Part shown: piece after piece, positions 1 to 11,960 of the stretch
Numbering within the stretch: position 1 is the stretch's first letter
Layout of the letters: every line of letters begins with the position of its first letter
NCBI GenBank assembly: GCA_013239625.1
Contig: MU056216.1
Coordinates: 11,256,729 to 11,320,728, forward strand
Source: Lama guanicoe
Taxonomy: Eukaryota
Direction of reading: 5' to 3'
Length of the DNA stretch: 64,000 nt
Made by a program: the position numbers and the translations under genes
Notes under the pieces: model-generated
What the model saw: the letters and a program-made list of their open reading frames with translations, nothing else
Database searches by the model: none
Told to the model about the DNA's origin: nothing

Positions 1-480
1 TTATGCCTTCCTGTTTCTTCCTCTTATTTTTCAAACCAACATACATCAGCTCTCGACATCTGATCAGGCCCCCTTTTGGGGAAGACCACTTTCCAGTTGA
101 CCAGTCAGCCTGCCTCCTGGCCTCTGACCTGAGCCCTGCCTGTTGCTGATCTGACCTCAGACTGTCAGGAGCTTTGGGGTGTGGGTCATGCCACCTGCTG
201 TAGTCCACATGGCTCCATCACGCGCCTCCCCATTCCACCCCCCAGCCTGCTTCAACACAGACACAGACGGGATATTGAAGAAGCCCTGTGCAAATAAGAG
301 TTTGAAAAAGCAGTGCAGTTCAGATGAGAACTAATCCAAACCATCAGAGGGGTGCATTTGTGCGGCGGCCTGATCAGAGCCAACACTAACATCCTCTGCT
401 CCCTTGGAGTCTGTCTGCAGAATGCGCTTACCAGGCTGGGAGACATCGGCCTGTTTCAGATCACGAGCTGGCATGCCCTG

Positions 481-495
481 GTTGCCCATGGCAAC
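481..495. promoter_or_regulatory. Palindromic RFX X-box
   Basis: GTTGCCCATGGCAAC, with two perfect GTTGCC/GGCAAC half-sites. Confidence 0.45.
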
Positions 496-989
496 CCAGC
501 TGCGCTGGAGTGTTCGCATTTGTAAATGTGTGTGGGCTTAAAATTATATTATTGATTCTGTCTGGAAGACGATAGTCTGATTTGTATATAGCTCTGAATA
601 AATTACTCATTATCCTTTACAGCCGTCAGAGTATGAATCTCCCTCTCTCTTTCTTTTTTTTTTTTTTTAATTTTAGAGAGACAGCAAATTGTGTCAGCAG
701 ATGTGAAATGAAATGCCTCCCATAACAGCCGTACTAAGAAATCATCGCGGGCACCAGCCTGGGACGTGGTCCGGGTGTTACTAAATAGACAAAAAATGGC
801 ACGGATTTGAGAGGGATGGGCCTACACTGGGTAGTCTATTTCAAAGGGACCATAAGGTGTAGTGTGAATTGCAGAGAAGAGCAGACAGAGCAGAGGGAGA
901 GGCAGCCCCACCCTGGACTTGATCTGTTCAAGCTGAACCCAAGCTTTCTCTTCTGCTTTCTTTGTTGTGTAGTGCATACTCGGACAGAC

Positions 990-1425
990 TGAAGTATTGT
1001 TCCAGCTCCTCCCTCCTCCCTGCATCCATGCCTTTTGCCCTGTAGCTCTGTAGACCGTCCCACAAAGGGCACTGTGCACTGCCCTCCACTTTGGGCTTGA
1101 TCCTATAGCTTGATCCAGAACGGCAGTGTGCTAGTTCTGAGCCTTGGCTTTAAGAGACTTCAAGAATTTCCACTTGCCCTTCTGTGTTTTTTGTTAGCAC
1201 TGTGAGAAGAACTTCCCTTGGGCAGCCGCTGCCCCTTCAGCAGCGCTCAGAATGAATACATGTGGAGCAGTCACCCCTCCCCACCCCACCAGAATCAAAT
1301 CCAGCACCACCCCAGCAGTACCCAGCCCAGATGAGCCACTTTAGCCAAGCTGCAGACGAATGGGAAGTAAATGCTCATCGCCACCAAGATTTTATAGGTG
1401 CTCATTATGCAGCAGTACCTGGCTG
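990..1425 (+). mobile_element. MaLR LTR (MLT1G/H-like)
   Basis: GTGCTAGTTCTGAGCCTTGGCTTTAAGAGA...GTGAGAAGAAC...GCTGCCCCTTCAGC...AGAATGAATACATGTGGAGCAG. Confidence 0.6.
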
Positions 1426-1913
1426 TTAAAATCCCCCATCTTTCAAACATTACAGCATTCAGTGTCACTGATGTTGGGAAAGAAAAGAGCATCCCTCTGC
1501 TCTCTGTTTCAGTGGTCACTGATCGCAAGCCTCACTGAGAGAAAATGCAGATCATGCATCACCATTTGAATTCATGTTGGGCTCTTGTTACGCACTGTGC
1601 CATCAAACATGGCTTCGTGACAGGAGCCACAAGGAGGCCAATACATCCGAGAGAAGCTCCAAGTAAATTGTGAGATTTCATCTCTACTCCTTTAGCTCCC
1701 ATGGAAGTCCTGTCAAAAGATTGGTGGGATTATGCTTGAACTGGGGAGGAAGAGTGGCATTATAATTCTCAGAAAGTATTGTCAATGCTTCTTTCAATTC
1801 ACTCCCACACGAACATCTTTATCAGAATGCGACATATTACTACGCTCAGGCTCTTTCTAAACCTCCATGTTTCCACTCTCCAGTCAAGGATGTACCACAC
1901 AAGCACACTTGAT

Positions 1914-2460
1914 CATTTTCAACAAATATTTATTGAGTACCTACTGTGGGCTGGACACTTACGGTGGGAGTGGCACGCTAGATGCCATGTTGAATAAAAG
2001 AAGGGGGGGTTTTCATGAGCAGTTAGGGAAGGTTCGAATCAAGACATCCCAGACATCTGTTCTGAGACACTGGGCAGATGGAGGTGCCAACCACTAAGAT
2101 GGGAAAGCCTGGAGAGGGGCTGGTTTAGGGGAAAATAAAAAGTTTGGTTTTGGACATACACGTTTGAGATGCTTCTGAGACGTGACAGGAGAGCCATCAA
2201 GTGTGCAGTTAGATGTCCAAATACGGAGCCCAGAGAAGAAGGATCTGGGTGGAAGATATATATCTGGAGCATTAGCAGCATGTAGGTGGTATTTAAAACC
2301 GCAGGGCTGAGAGGAGAGCACACATGGAGGAGAGAAGAGGGCTCGGCTGAGTGCTGAGGAGTCCCAGTATTTCGAGGACAGGCAGAGGGAAGAGGAGTAA
2401 GCAAAGGGGACTAAGGGGTTCAGCTGGGATATGGGAAGAAAACCAGAGATGTGTGGAAGG
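1914..2460 (-). mobile_element. L2 fragment
   Basis: TTCAACAAATATTTATTGAGTACCTACTGTG (antisense L2 3' end), then the purine-rich body GTTTGGTTTTGGACAT...GGTATTTAAAACC. Confidence 0.75.
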
Positions 2461-3301
2461 AAATGCTGCTGCTCACCTGTCGTTCCCGCCCAGCAGCCAT
2501 CTCTCCCCACCTCCCCTGCTGACGGAACTCTGCCTTGGGTAGGTCTTGGGGGTCTTGCCCACCACGAGAGGCATGGCTTCTCCCTAGTCTTGGGGGGACG
2601 AATCGTGGGGTTTAAGACAACCAGGGTAATCTGCTCTCCTTGCTGGTTTAGGTTTACTCATGAGCATGAGACACAACTTTGGCCAGTTGGGTGTGTGAGT
2701 GTAAGTCCACTGGCTGACTACGGGAAAGGTTCTCGTGCTTTTAAAAAGTGAAGGAAAGGAGAAAACTGAGCTCCTTTCCTGCCTCAGATGTGGATGGAGA
2801 TGCTGTTGCCATCTTGCAACAGGACATATGTGAGCCCAAAAGCCTGAACAACGAGGACGGAAAGAATATCTGTGTTCGGTTACACCTTTGCATTGTTGAA
2901 TTAACCAACCTTGGGGTACCCTCTACCAACAAATGTATGTTGTAAGATAATCAATTGTTTAATGTTTGGGCATCGTGGGTCTCCCATGACCCCTGCGAGG
3001 CACTAAGCACCCTAGCTGGTCCCTGTGGTTTCACAAGACCAAGAGCAAGGCGACCCACGCCTGCTGGCAACAGGATTACGCCAAGGGCCTTGAGGGTGGT
3101 GTTTGGCCCTAACTGAATGGTTTCTTTTACCTTACTGGGGGGAAGAGCAATTTCCCAATCTTTTAAGTGTACTGTTGGTCAATCTTAATACTAATTTCAT
3201 ATCATGCTTACAATTTGTTTCTTTCAATAGTCAAAATCCAAATTCCTCTGCCAACCTAAAAGCATGTTTTATCTCAGCTATCCCAGAAGTGGATCACTTT
3301 T

Positions 3302-3436
3302 TTCCCACACAAATGCTTTAAAAAAATTTTTTTTATTGAAGTATAGTCAGTTTATAATAGTGTGTCAATTTCTGGTGTACAGCATAATAGTTCACTCATA
3401 CATATTCATACACATGTTTGTTTTCATATTCTTTTT
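3302..3436 (-). mobile_element. Short 5'-truncated L1 3' end
   Basis: TTTTATTGAAGTATAGTCAGTTT...TTCTGGTGTACAGCATAAT, same family as the copies at 8169 and 37489. TSD TGGATCACTTTT at 3290-3301 and 3437-3448. Confidence 0.8.
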
Positions 3437-4669
3437 TGGATCACTTTTAATTATGACATCTCACCCACCCTTGGCCAGCAAGAAGGATGCTGAGAAAGAT
3501 GGAACTGGAAATATTCTAGGGCTTGTTTGCCAGCTAACATGGAAAAGAAGAGATTCAGGATAGGTCAATAGGAAATAAAAAGATACCAAAGGGTCAGGGC
3601 AACAAGAAGATGAGATAGAAACATAAACATACATAAAGTACTCTGAAGTCAAAATGTTTGATATCAGTAGCTTAATTAACCAGATTTTTAGATAATGACT
3701 GTATATCTTTAAATGGCTTGGGACGTCCTTACAGCTTTTTGAATAGTGCTCTTTTTATTCAATTAATGCTTCTGAAAGAGCTTTAATTTTACATTAATCA
3801 AAAGCTCTCATGATATTCTCAGGATTTACTCAAATTCAAGGTTGTTTTTTTTTTAAGTGCAATTAAATTATCAAGGCAGAGGCTTTGATTGCAGGACAAA
3901 ATTCCATAGCAACAGCCAGCTGAGCACGCTGAGCCCAGCGCACTGCTGCACCCAAGTTCGTGCCAGGCCGAGGGGGCGCGTGGTCAGCTCCACAATGAAT
4001 GGGACAAACTTCCCACTGCCTTCCTCCTGGGGAGCAAAACCTGCTTCCTTGACAATTTAAATAGTTACCTTATACTACCCATTCTTACTGCAGGCAGCTC
4101 TCTGCCTGTACCCCAGGCAGAATTCTAGAAAATTCTATGAAGTTTAAAAAAAAAAAGCAAAGAACAAAGAGAACTTTCTCTTACCTGTTAGCATGAGATG
4201 TTTCTAACCTTCCCAAAGCAGAACCCGCTCTGCTTCCTCTCGAGTTCATGATATCAGACAGCAAAACCTGCCAGGTACTCACTCCTGACTGATTAGACTC
4301 ATGTCTACTTGGTCCCCAAGAGCAATTACTGATGATCAGAGAGAGGCCAGGTGAAGAAAATCTTGCTGCTGTCTCGCTGGGAGCAGCCAGTGCTGAAGAG
4401 CTCTACCCGCGGTGGTGGCTCGCCGCTCACTGTACCAGGCTTTGTAACTGGAGTACCTGGGTGGGGGCCTCCCCTCTCCGCTCCTCCCCACATGCATTAA
4501 TCCCTCACATGTGAAGGTTATCAATGCTAACACGAGGCTGGGAGGAGGGACGGGGAGGAAATGCCAGGGAGCGACAAAGAGGAAAATAACTGGTATTAAA
4601 AATGCTCTCTTAACAACTTGCCCTGCCAGGGTATCATTAATAGTAATTATACGTGGGCGCCAGCCACTG

Positions 4670-5250
4670 TCCAGAACTGAACCCTCGATTACCCACTCCC
4701 ATACCTCCTCCACCTACCCCATCTCAGATGACAGCTCCATTTTTCCAACTGTTTAGGGAAAAGCCCTTGGAGTCGTCTCCCTCCCCTCTTTTTCTTCTAA
4801 ATGCACATTCAGTCCACCAAAAAAATCCTATTGGCTTGACCTTTGAAATAGGTCTGCAACCCAATCACTCCTCACTTCCTCCACCAATACCTCCCGGTCC
4901 AAGCCGTCCACGTCTCTCCCTGGGCTGGCAGTGCCTACTCACTGGTCTCCCTGTTCTCGTCTCTGCCCACCCCCTACAAGATACTCCATGTAGAGAGCGA
5001 TCTTTTAAAAGCAGAAGTTGGACAATGTCAATCCATGCTTGTCATCTCTCTCATAGTAAGATTCAAAGTAAAACTCGTTGCCTCAGAGGCTTCTGTGATC
5101 TGCCCTCTGCCTGTCTGACCTCATCTCCTGCTGCTCTGCCCGCCCTTCTCTGGGACCACGCTGACCTTCTGTGAGAACATGCAGGGCTTCTGCCCTTGTC
5201 CCCTTCTCCTGAAAGGCCCTTCCTTCAGACATCCACAAGGTCCTCCCCTC
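4670..5250 (+). mobile_element. L2 fragment
   Basis: CCCATCTCAG...GCTCCAT...CTTGGAGTC...GGTCCAAGCC...CTCACTGGTCTCCCTG. Confidence 0.7.
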
Positions 5251-6394
5251 GTCCCCATTCTCTGGGGTTGGTTGTCCCCATGGGGCTCAAGACAGATCCT
5301 GGGCAGCTCTGGACGTGTCTCACAGCCTCATAAGCACAGAGGAAGGAGAGCCCCGCACACACCGCCACGAGGATAACCTGGGGCTGGACTCCGACTGTGG
5401 CCAGAGAGGAGGGGAACCAGACATGGCCCAGGGAGGTCGCAGTGAGTTTTCAGCTGACATCAGATGCCCGTGGCTGGAGTTGGGGGTGGGGAGTATCCCT
5501 GAAGTGAGGTCCACTACCCTGGGAAAATACTACATTTGCTAACGTGTCTGTATTTCCCACTCCACTCTTAAATCTTTAAGAAGAGTTACTCTGTCGTTGA
5601 TTTTGGTATCTAATATAACACAGTGTCTGGCACGAGAGACTTGAAAATATTTTAAAATAATGTTGAATGAAGGATAAAATTTAAACTCTCATAATCATAC
5701 ACCTTGGATTTTCTGGAACAATCCCAATTTCATTAGATGTGATTATTTTTTAAGATGATTCTCTAAATGAATGAATAATTTCACTTTATATTTTGTAAAG
5801 CATTCTGTAAAATTTCATTCAGAAATCATACTCAGTATACTTGGCCACACAATCTGCTTCTGGTTTTGGTTCAGGAAGCCTGGCTACCTATGTATGTTAT
5901 ATTCTGTTTGGCCTCCAAATGCCCTTAATACCCTCCTCCAGCCCCCTGTGTGCCGCCGGGGGCTGAGCCTTTGGGCTGCATCTCCCTCAACACCTTTCTA
6001 GTGATGTCCATTGGGTCTGGTCAATGGGAGCCACTGGCAGGAGCTCAGACTGTATCAGAGGGAAGGAGAAGCCAGAATGGAGTATTTCTTCCCCGTCTCT
6101 CCCTGTTTTGTGTCTCTGGCCAGGGCTCTATCGCTCCCTGACCACAGCCCCCAGGGGACAGTGGCTCCCCTACGCATCTGGGTCTCACTGAGCTCCAGTC
6201 ACACTGTCCATTCAGGCCTAGAGCTGGTAACAGCTTCCTGCCATTGCTAGTCTCTGCAAACCTCACCCTCACAGGTATTCCTTTATTTAAGTCCCATCAT
6301 GTGAAACAGGTGACAGTGGATTCTGTTTCCTGCCTACACCCTGACTGAACCATCAGCTTAAACTTAGCAGGTGCGACTGCTGCTCCCCTAGGTC

Positions 6395-6570
6395 CGTGGG
6401 GCTTCCTCTTTGCTGTGCATCAGAACCATCTGGGGAACTTTAGAGCGGACTGCTGCAGGTTTCATCCCTAGATTTTCCGATGCAGTTGGTCCAGGGAGCA
6501 GTCTGGGCATCAGGAGTTTAAAAATCTCTCTAGGCGCTTCTATTGTGCAGCTGAAGTTGAGAAGCATTCC
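6395..6570. mobile_element. MER5-like hAT-Charlie MITE
   Basis: GCATCAGAACCATCTGGGGAACTT...GTGCAGCTGAAGTTGAGAAGCATT. Confidence 0.65.
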
Positions 6571-7479
6571 TCTAGCTGGTACACCTCCCGTACAGACGGG
6601 AGATTTTTAGCACATGATGAAAACTCGACTACATAGTCCCCATTGTGATGATTCCCTTTTTATTATTTTTTAACAAATTATTGCAGTCTTCAGTTTAAAG
6701 TGATGTTACTCTTCTACTCTTCCATTCCTGAAAGCATTTTTTAAACAAAATAGAACAAGTTTAAACCTATTTATAGAACCATTTTTTTCAAGAGGTTAAA
6801 AACAAAGAGCAGATGTTTCTGGAAAGCCTGGAAACCTGCTAGATGTGCTTTTCTTTGATTGGATGTGTGTGTGGTGGGATGGAGGGGGTGAGTTTTGCAG
6901 GAGGTTAGAAGGAGAATCAAAAGAGCTATCAGGGGATACTGCAAGGGGAAAAATTTCAGAATCATTATCTGTGTTGAAATGCTGCTCTCTTTGAAATATA
7001 ATAATGAAGGTACGCGTGCTACATAATTAACGCACATCAACGGCATTGACTGATCCGGTCTTGACAATCTGCTCTGAAAAAGGAACCGCATTAAAGCACT
7101 CATTCACAATCTTTGGCATATTAAAATAAGTAGTGGCCACTGGCCTCCTGAGAACCTTTGAAGTGCTCAATGTTTAAAATGCCTTCACCATTTGGCAGGT
7201 TTTAAAATACAAAAGAGCCACAGCCACACTCTCCTGTCTTAAAAGACGATCACTGTTTAAACAGTACACATTTGTCAGTGATGACCAGGCTTAATATTTT
7301 TCAGAGGGAAAACGGATTCTACCAAGCCCTTCACTTCATCCTGAGGGTTCTAGAGAAATCTCATCTAAATAAACACCGTGCCCTGGATCACTTAGCTACC
7401 ACTACAGTAATCTCAGCAAAAAGCACTATTTCTCACGCACAGCCTGTGGGTCACAGTGGTGGGTCAGCTGGGGTGCCTG

Positions 7480-7975
7480 TACAAGCCCATTTGGGCTGCT
7501 ATATTGAAACACCATAAACGAAGTAGTTTATAAGCAACAGTGTTTATTTCTCATAAATAAATTTCTGGAGGCTGTAATTCCAAGATCATGGCACCAACAG
7601 ATTTGGTGGTGGGTGGGAACCTTCCGGTTCAGCCAGCCATTTTTTCCCCTGTGCTCTCACATGGCAGAAGGGAGCTCCGTGGGGTTTCTCTTATAAGGGC
7701 ACTGATCTCATCCATGACTGCTCTGCCTCATGACATGATCACCTTCAAAGGACCCACCTCCTAATACCAGCCTCTCACATCCTGCTGGCACCAGTGGGCA
7801 GCCCAGACTCATGTCTGCTAATATCCCGTTGGCTAAAACAAGTCACATGACTAAGCTCACAGCCCAAGTCTGGGGAAATATGGTCCAGCTGCAGTAGGAG
7901 GGACTGCAGAGTCACACAGCCGAGAGTGTGGAGATGGGGAGAGGTGAAGAATAGGGACAATAATTCAGTTTACCT
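7480..7975 (-). mobile_element. MaLR LTR pieces (MLT1A-like, then an older MLT1)
   Basis: TTTATTTCTCA...TTCTGGAGGCT...CTCACATGGCAGAAG...TTATAAGGGCACT...CCACCTCCTAATACC, then GGCTAAAACAAGTCACATGAC. Confidence 0.7.
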
Positions 7976-8168
7976 TGGTGCCTAAAGAAAAAGTCTGCCA
8001 AGTAGTGCACCCCAATACTGCATTTATAATAGTATTTCTGGCTCTGGAGTGGCAGTCACTTACCTGTTCTACAAGTCTGTTCGTAGGATGGCTTTCTGTT
8101 TCCAGTCAGGTGGATGGTAGCACTCATCCATAGGTTGTCTGCTGCAAGGCAATGGAGCTGATGCTGGC

Positions 8169-8876
8169 TTTTTTTTAATTGAAGCATAGTTGATTTACAA
8201 TGTTGTGTTAGTTTCTGATGTACAGCCCAGTGATTCAGTTATATATATATATATATTCCTTTTCAGATTCTTTTTCATTATAGATTATTACAAGATATTG
8301 AATATAGTTCCCTGTGCTATACAGTAGGACCTTGTTTTTTATCTATTTTATATACAGTAATGTGTATCTGCAAATCCCAAATTCCCAATTTATCTCCTCC
8401 ACCCTCTTCCCCTCTTGGTAACCTTAAGTTTGTTTCCTATGTCTATAAGTCTGTCTCTGTTTTATAAATAAGTTCATTTGTCTTCATTTTTTAGATTCCA
8501 TGTATAAGTGATATCATATGGTATTCTTCTTTCTCTTTCTGGCTTACTTCACTTAGTATGACAATCTNNNNNNNNNNNNNNNNNNNNNNNNNNNNNNNNN
8601 NNNNNNNNNNNNNNNNNNNNNNNNNNNNNNNNNNNNNNNNNNNNNNNNNNNNNNNNNNNNNNNNNNNNNNNNNNNNNNNNNNNNNNNNNNNNNNNNNNNN
8701 NNNNNNNNNNNNNNNNNNNNNNNNNNNNNNNNNNNNNNNNNNNNNNNNNNNNNNNNNNNNNNNNNNNNNNNNNTTTTGAATATGCCCAGGAGTGGGATTG
8801 CTGGATCATATAGTAAGTTTATTTTTAGTTTTTTAAGAAATACCCATAATGGCTGTACCCAACTACACTCCCACCA
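8169..8876 (-). mobile_element. L1 3' end with internal N-run at 8568-8773
   Basis: Poly-T then AATTGAAGCATAGTTGATTTACAATG...GGAGTGGGATTGCTGGATCATATAG. The minus frame encodes YDPAIPLLGI from the L1 ORF2 C-terminus. Degenerate TSD GATGyTGGsTTTTT at 8160 and 8877. Confidence 0.9.
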
Positions 8877-9029
8877 GATGTTGGGTTTTTTGGGCTGTCC
8901 TGCCCTTAGAATACCAAAACTGTCTCCAAAGAAGAAATGAAAGGTATGGGGGAGGGTCAACCAGGTGAAGCAAGGGGCTACTTTAGGGTGCTGAAACAGT
9001 TTTCCCAAGCCTGGAAAGCTATTGCCCCA

Positions 9030-9292
9030 TCTCTTCACGTGGCTGGCTCTTTCTGCTCTTAACCGGCCAGCTTAAACGAGGCCTCCCCACAGGAGCCCCC
9101 CAGTCACCGCACTGCTTACATGTGTGTGGCACTTACATTTTGTAATTATACTGTTCACTTTTGCTTGTTTGTGATGTGTCCCTTCCTCTAGAATGTAAGC
9201 TCCATGCATGTCTTTTCACTACTAGTGAATTCCCATTACCTACCACACTGCCTGACACATAGTAGGTGTTCAATAAATATTTATGGAATGAA
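9030..9292 (+). mobile_element. L2 3' end
   Basis: CTAGAATGTAAGCTCCATG...GCCTGACACATAGTAGGTGTTCAATAAATATTT. Confidence 0.75.
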
Positions 9293-10003
9293 AGGCTACT
9301 CATTTTTTAGTATTTGGGTCAAGATCCTGTTGGAATATGGACCATGCCTTGGAGAGTGTTATGACGACAGGAAGCCCCACAGCAAACACACTAAACTAAG
9401 GAGGAATTCATATGAAATTGCTGGTTGGCTACAGCTACAGTCCCCAATACTCCAAGAAAAACTAAGGAAAAAAAAAAAAACCCAGCATGAATGGCAACAT
9501 GAGTACCAATTAAAATATAATTCAAGGTCAAAATCATTAACAGGGTCAAAGAAGAGTAACAGGGAATGGGAAAAAGTTACTCCATGAAGAAGCTCTGTGT
9601 AAGTCATAAGCATTGATAAACAGCACAGCAGCCGAATCTATACAGCAAAAGTGCCAGAGATACGAGGAGACACTCATGAAAACACTTTTCTTGTGGAATG
9701 GTTTTAATATTACGGTCTCAGACCTTGACAGCTCAAATATACAACAAAGGCAAAGATACAAGGGTCTTGAAAAGCATAATAAACCGTACTTTGTTTCTTT
9801 TGACAGTCATGTAATACACAAAGTAATCTCATACTTGGCATAAAACACACTGCTAATTTTCTCAAAGCAGAGATCTGTTTTTTACCTTTCAAATAGGAAA
9901 TCGACACTAAAAAAATTTTTTTTAATCCTCGAATTATTGAAAAATTAAGAAATCTCTTCCACATAATTCTTGGTTCAAAGAGGAAATCAAAACTGAAACC
10001 ATA

Positions 10004-10118
10004 GGGAGGAGGGTATAGCTCAGTGGTAGAGCACTTGCTTAGCATGCACCAGGTCCTAGGTTCAATCCCCAGTGCCTCCATATAAATAAAATAAATAAAC
10101 CTACTTACCTTTCCCCCA
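10004..10118 (+). mobile_element. tRNA-derived SINE (camelid Vic-1-like)
   Basis: GGGTATAGCTCAGTGGTAGAG (A box) ... GGTTCAATCCCC (B box), AT-rich tail and CTACTTACCTTTCCCCC end. TSD GAAACCATA at 9995-10003 and 10119-10127. Confidence 0.85.
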
Positions 10119-10324
10119 GAAACCATAAACTGAGTGTTCAAAAGAGAATAGGAAAAAAAATTATATTAAAATCGCAGCCTTAAATGATCTTATTGTTTAA
10201 AAATAAAACAGAACACATTTACACGAAATTATATTTAGAACAATTTGGATCTTATTTTTCCTTGATTATTGAGAAAATAACCCAGTTATTTTCAGATTTT
10301 CTTCATTTGAACTAATTTCCTTTT

Positions 10325-10386
10325 TCATTCCATCACTTTGTTGACATCACAGTGAGAGCGAATAAAGCGATCAAGAATCTGTCGGT
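10325..10386 (-). CDS. TEX26: TEX26 coding exon 7 (62 nt including TGA stop)
   Basis: Acceptor tttccag|AC. Encodes DRQILDRFIRSHCDVNKVME*. Total 61+85+166+157+177+162+62 = 870 nt = 289 aa plus stop. Confidence 0.93.
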
Positions 10387-10609
10387 CTGGAAATTATGAA
10401 GAAAAACAGGATGAAAATTTCCATATAACTATTTAACTGCTAAAGAGAGAAATCCTAGGAAGCAGGCAAATATCTGATAATAGTACTGTATATATGAATT
10501 TGATGAGACCAAAATAATCAAAGGATAGTGTGTCTAATAGCTAAAGGCACAATTGTGTAATTATTGATTAAAAAGAACAAATAATATTCAAGGGTTCAGC
10601 AAAGCTTGC

Positions 10610-10820
10610 TGGAAGGAGCATGGATTTTGGAATGAAACAAACTTGCTTTCGGTTCTGTGCTGACAAGTGTAAGTGACTCACCTGCCACCTCCATTTATTC
10701 ATTTCGTCTTTGAATACAGGTGAAGGTACTCACCTAGCATAGTTGCTGGGATGGACAAGGAAGGCTACGTGTGACGCAACTAGACAGTGCATGGTCCCTG
10801 AAAGACACTCAGGAAATGGT
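10610..10820 (+). mobile_element. MIR SINE (degenerate)
   Basis: GGAAGGAGCATGGATTTTGGAAT...CACCTAGCATAGTTGCTGGGA. Confidence 0.5.
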
Positions 10821-11217
10821 ACAGCCTTACCCTCTTACGACTGGGTGATGCCAGGAGACACAAAACAATAGGGTTTTCATCGAAGCCAGGGTTGCTTATC
10901 TGCCCACCAATGTTAGCAGGCTTTGAGATCTTTGAGTGATAACTGACGATAGGAAGGCCTTCAACTCCCTGGCCTCCCTTTTCTCATCTGGAAATTGATG
11001 AATCTTGTCTGATTCTCAGTATCTATGGTTCTCTGATCCTAATTACGTATTTTTAAATTGTATACTGTAAAACTTTGTCACTCCTAGCAATTGTCATCTG
11101 TGCAGCCAAAACTAAGAGAAAGGAAGATTGTGAGTGATAGATAGCATGTTGTCATGGTCAGCGTCCTTGGTACCATGCTCAGGGTCATGAGTGCCAGCTG
11201 AGGGCTAGACATCAGGG

Positions 11218-11243
11218 GTGTGTGTGTGTGTGTGTGTGTGTGT
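11218..11243. repeat. (GT)n microsatellite
   Basis: About 13 GT units. Confidence 0.95.
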
Positions 11244-11394
11244 TCCTGGTTTACTCTCCAGTTACGTTTGCATTTATTTGTTTCTGTGATCTCACATTTA
11301 ATTTTCAGCCATGCCCACACTTCTCCATACCTTTCCTGACCCCAGACTTTTCATGAAGTGAAATGCACTGATCTTGCCTGTTCAGGCTGATGGG

Positions 11395-11960
11395 TTGACA
11401 CCTGCATATGTGTATCCCACACCCACATAATGATATAGATCATTTCCACCACCCCAGAAAGACTTGTCATGCTCCTGCTCCAAGACAGCCTCAGTTCTGA
11501 TTTCCTTCATTATAAGTAAGTTTTGCCTGTTGTAGACTTTGGAATAAATGAAATTATACGAAATGTATTGTGTCCAGCTTCTTTCACTTAGCATAATCTT
11601 ATTGAGGTTTATACATTTTGTTGAATACATCAGTAATTCACTCTTTTTTATTGTCTGATAGTATTTCATTTTGTGAATATACCAGTTTATTTATCCATTA
11701 TCCTGCTGATGGAGATCTGGGTTGTATCCAGTTTGAGACTATTAAGAATGAAGTGATTATAGAAGTTCTTGTAGAAGTCCTTCTGTGGACGTATGTTTTC
11801 TTTTCTCTTGCATAAATACCCAGAAAGGGATTTGGGGTCATGAAGTCAGAATATGTTTGACTTTATCAGAAACTGTCAGATCTGTTTCCAAAGTGCCTGC
11901 GCTGTTTGGTACTCTTACCAGAGACGTATTGCTTCAGATTGTCAGTGTTTGCTATTTTCA
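11395..11960 (-). mobile_element. Old L1 (L1MC/ME-like) 3' region
   Basis: CTTCTTTCACTTAGCATAAT...GATGGAGATCTGGGTTGTATCCAGTTTG, typical antisense L1M 3' sequence. Confidence 0.75.

Noticed and set aside
10004-10080. tRNA-like sequences (also at 18890 and 61395)
   Set aside because: SINE heads with tails, and a TSD for the first. Not intact tRNA genes.
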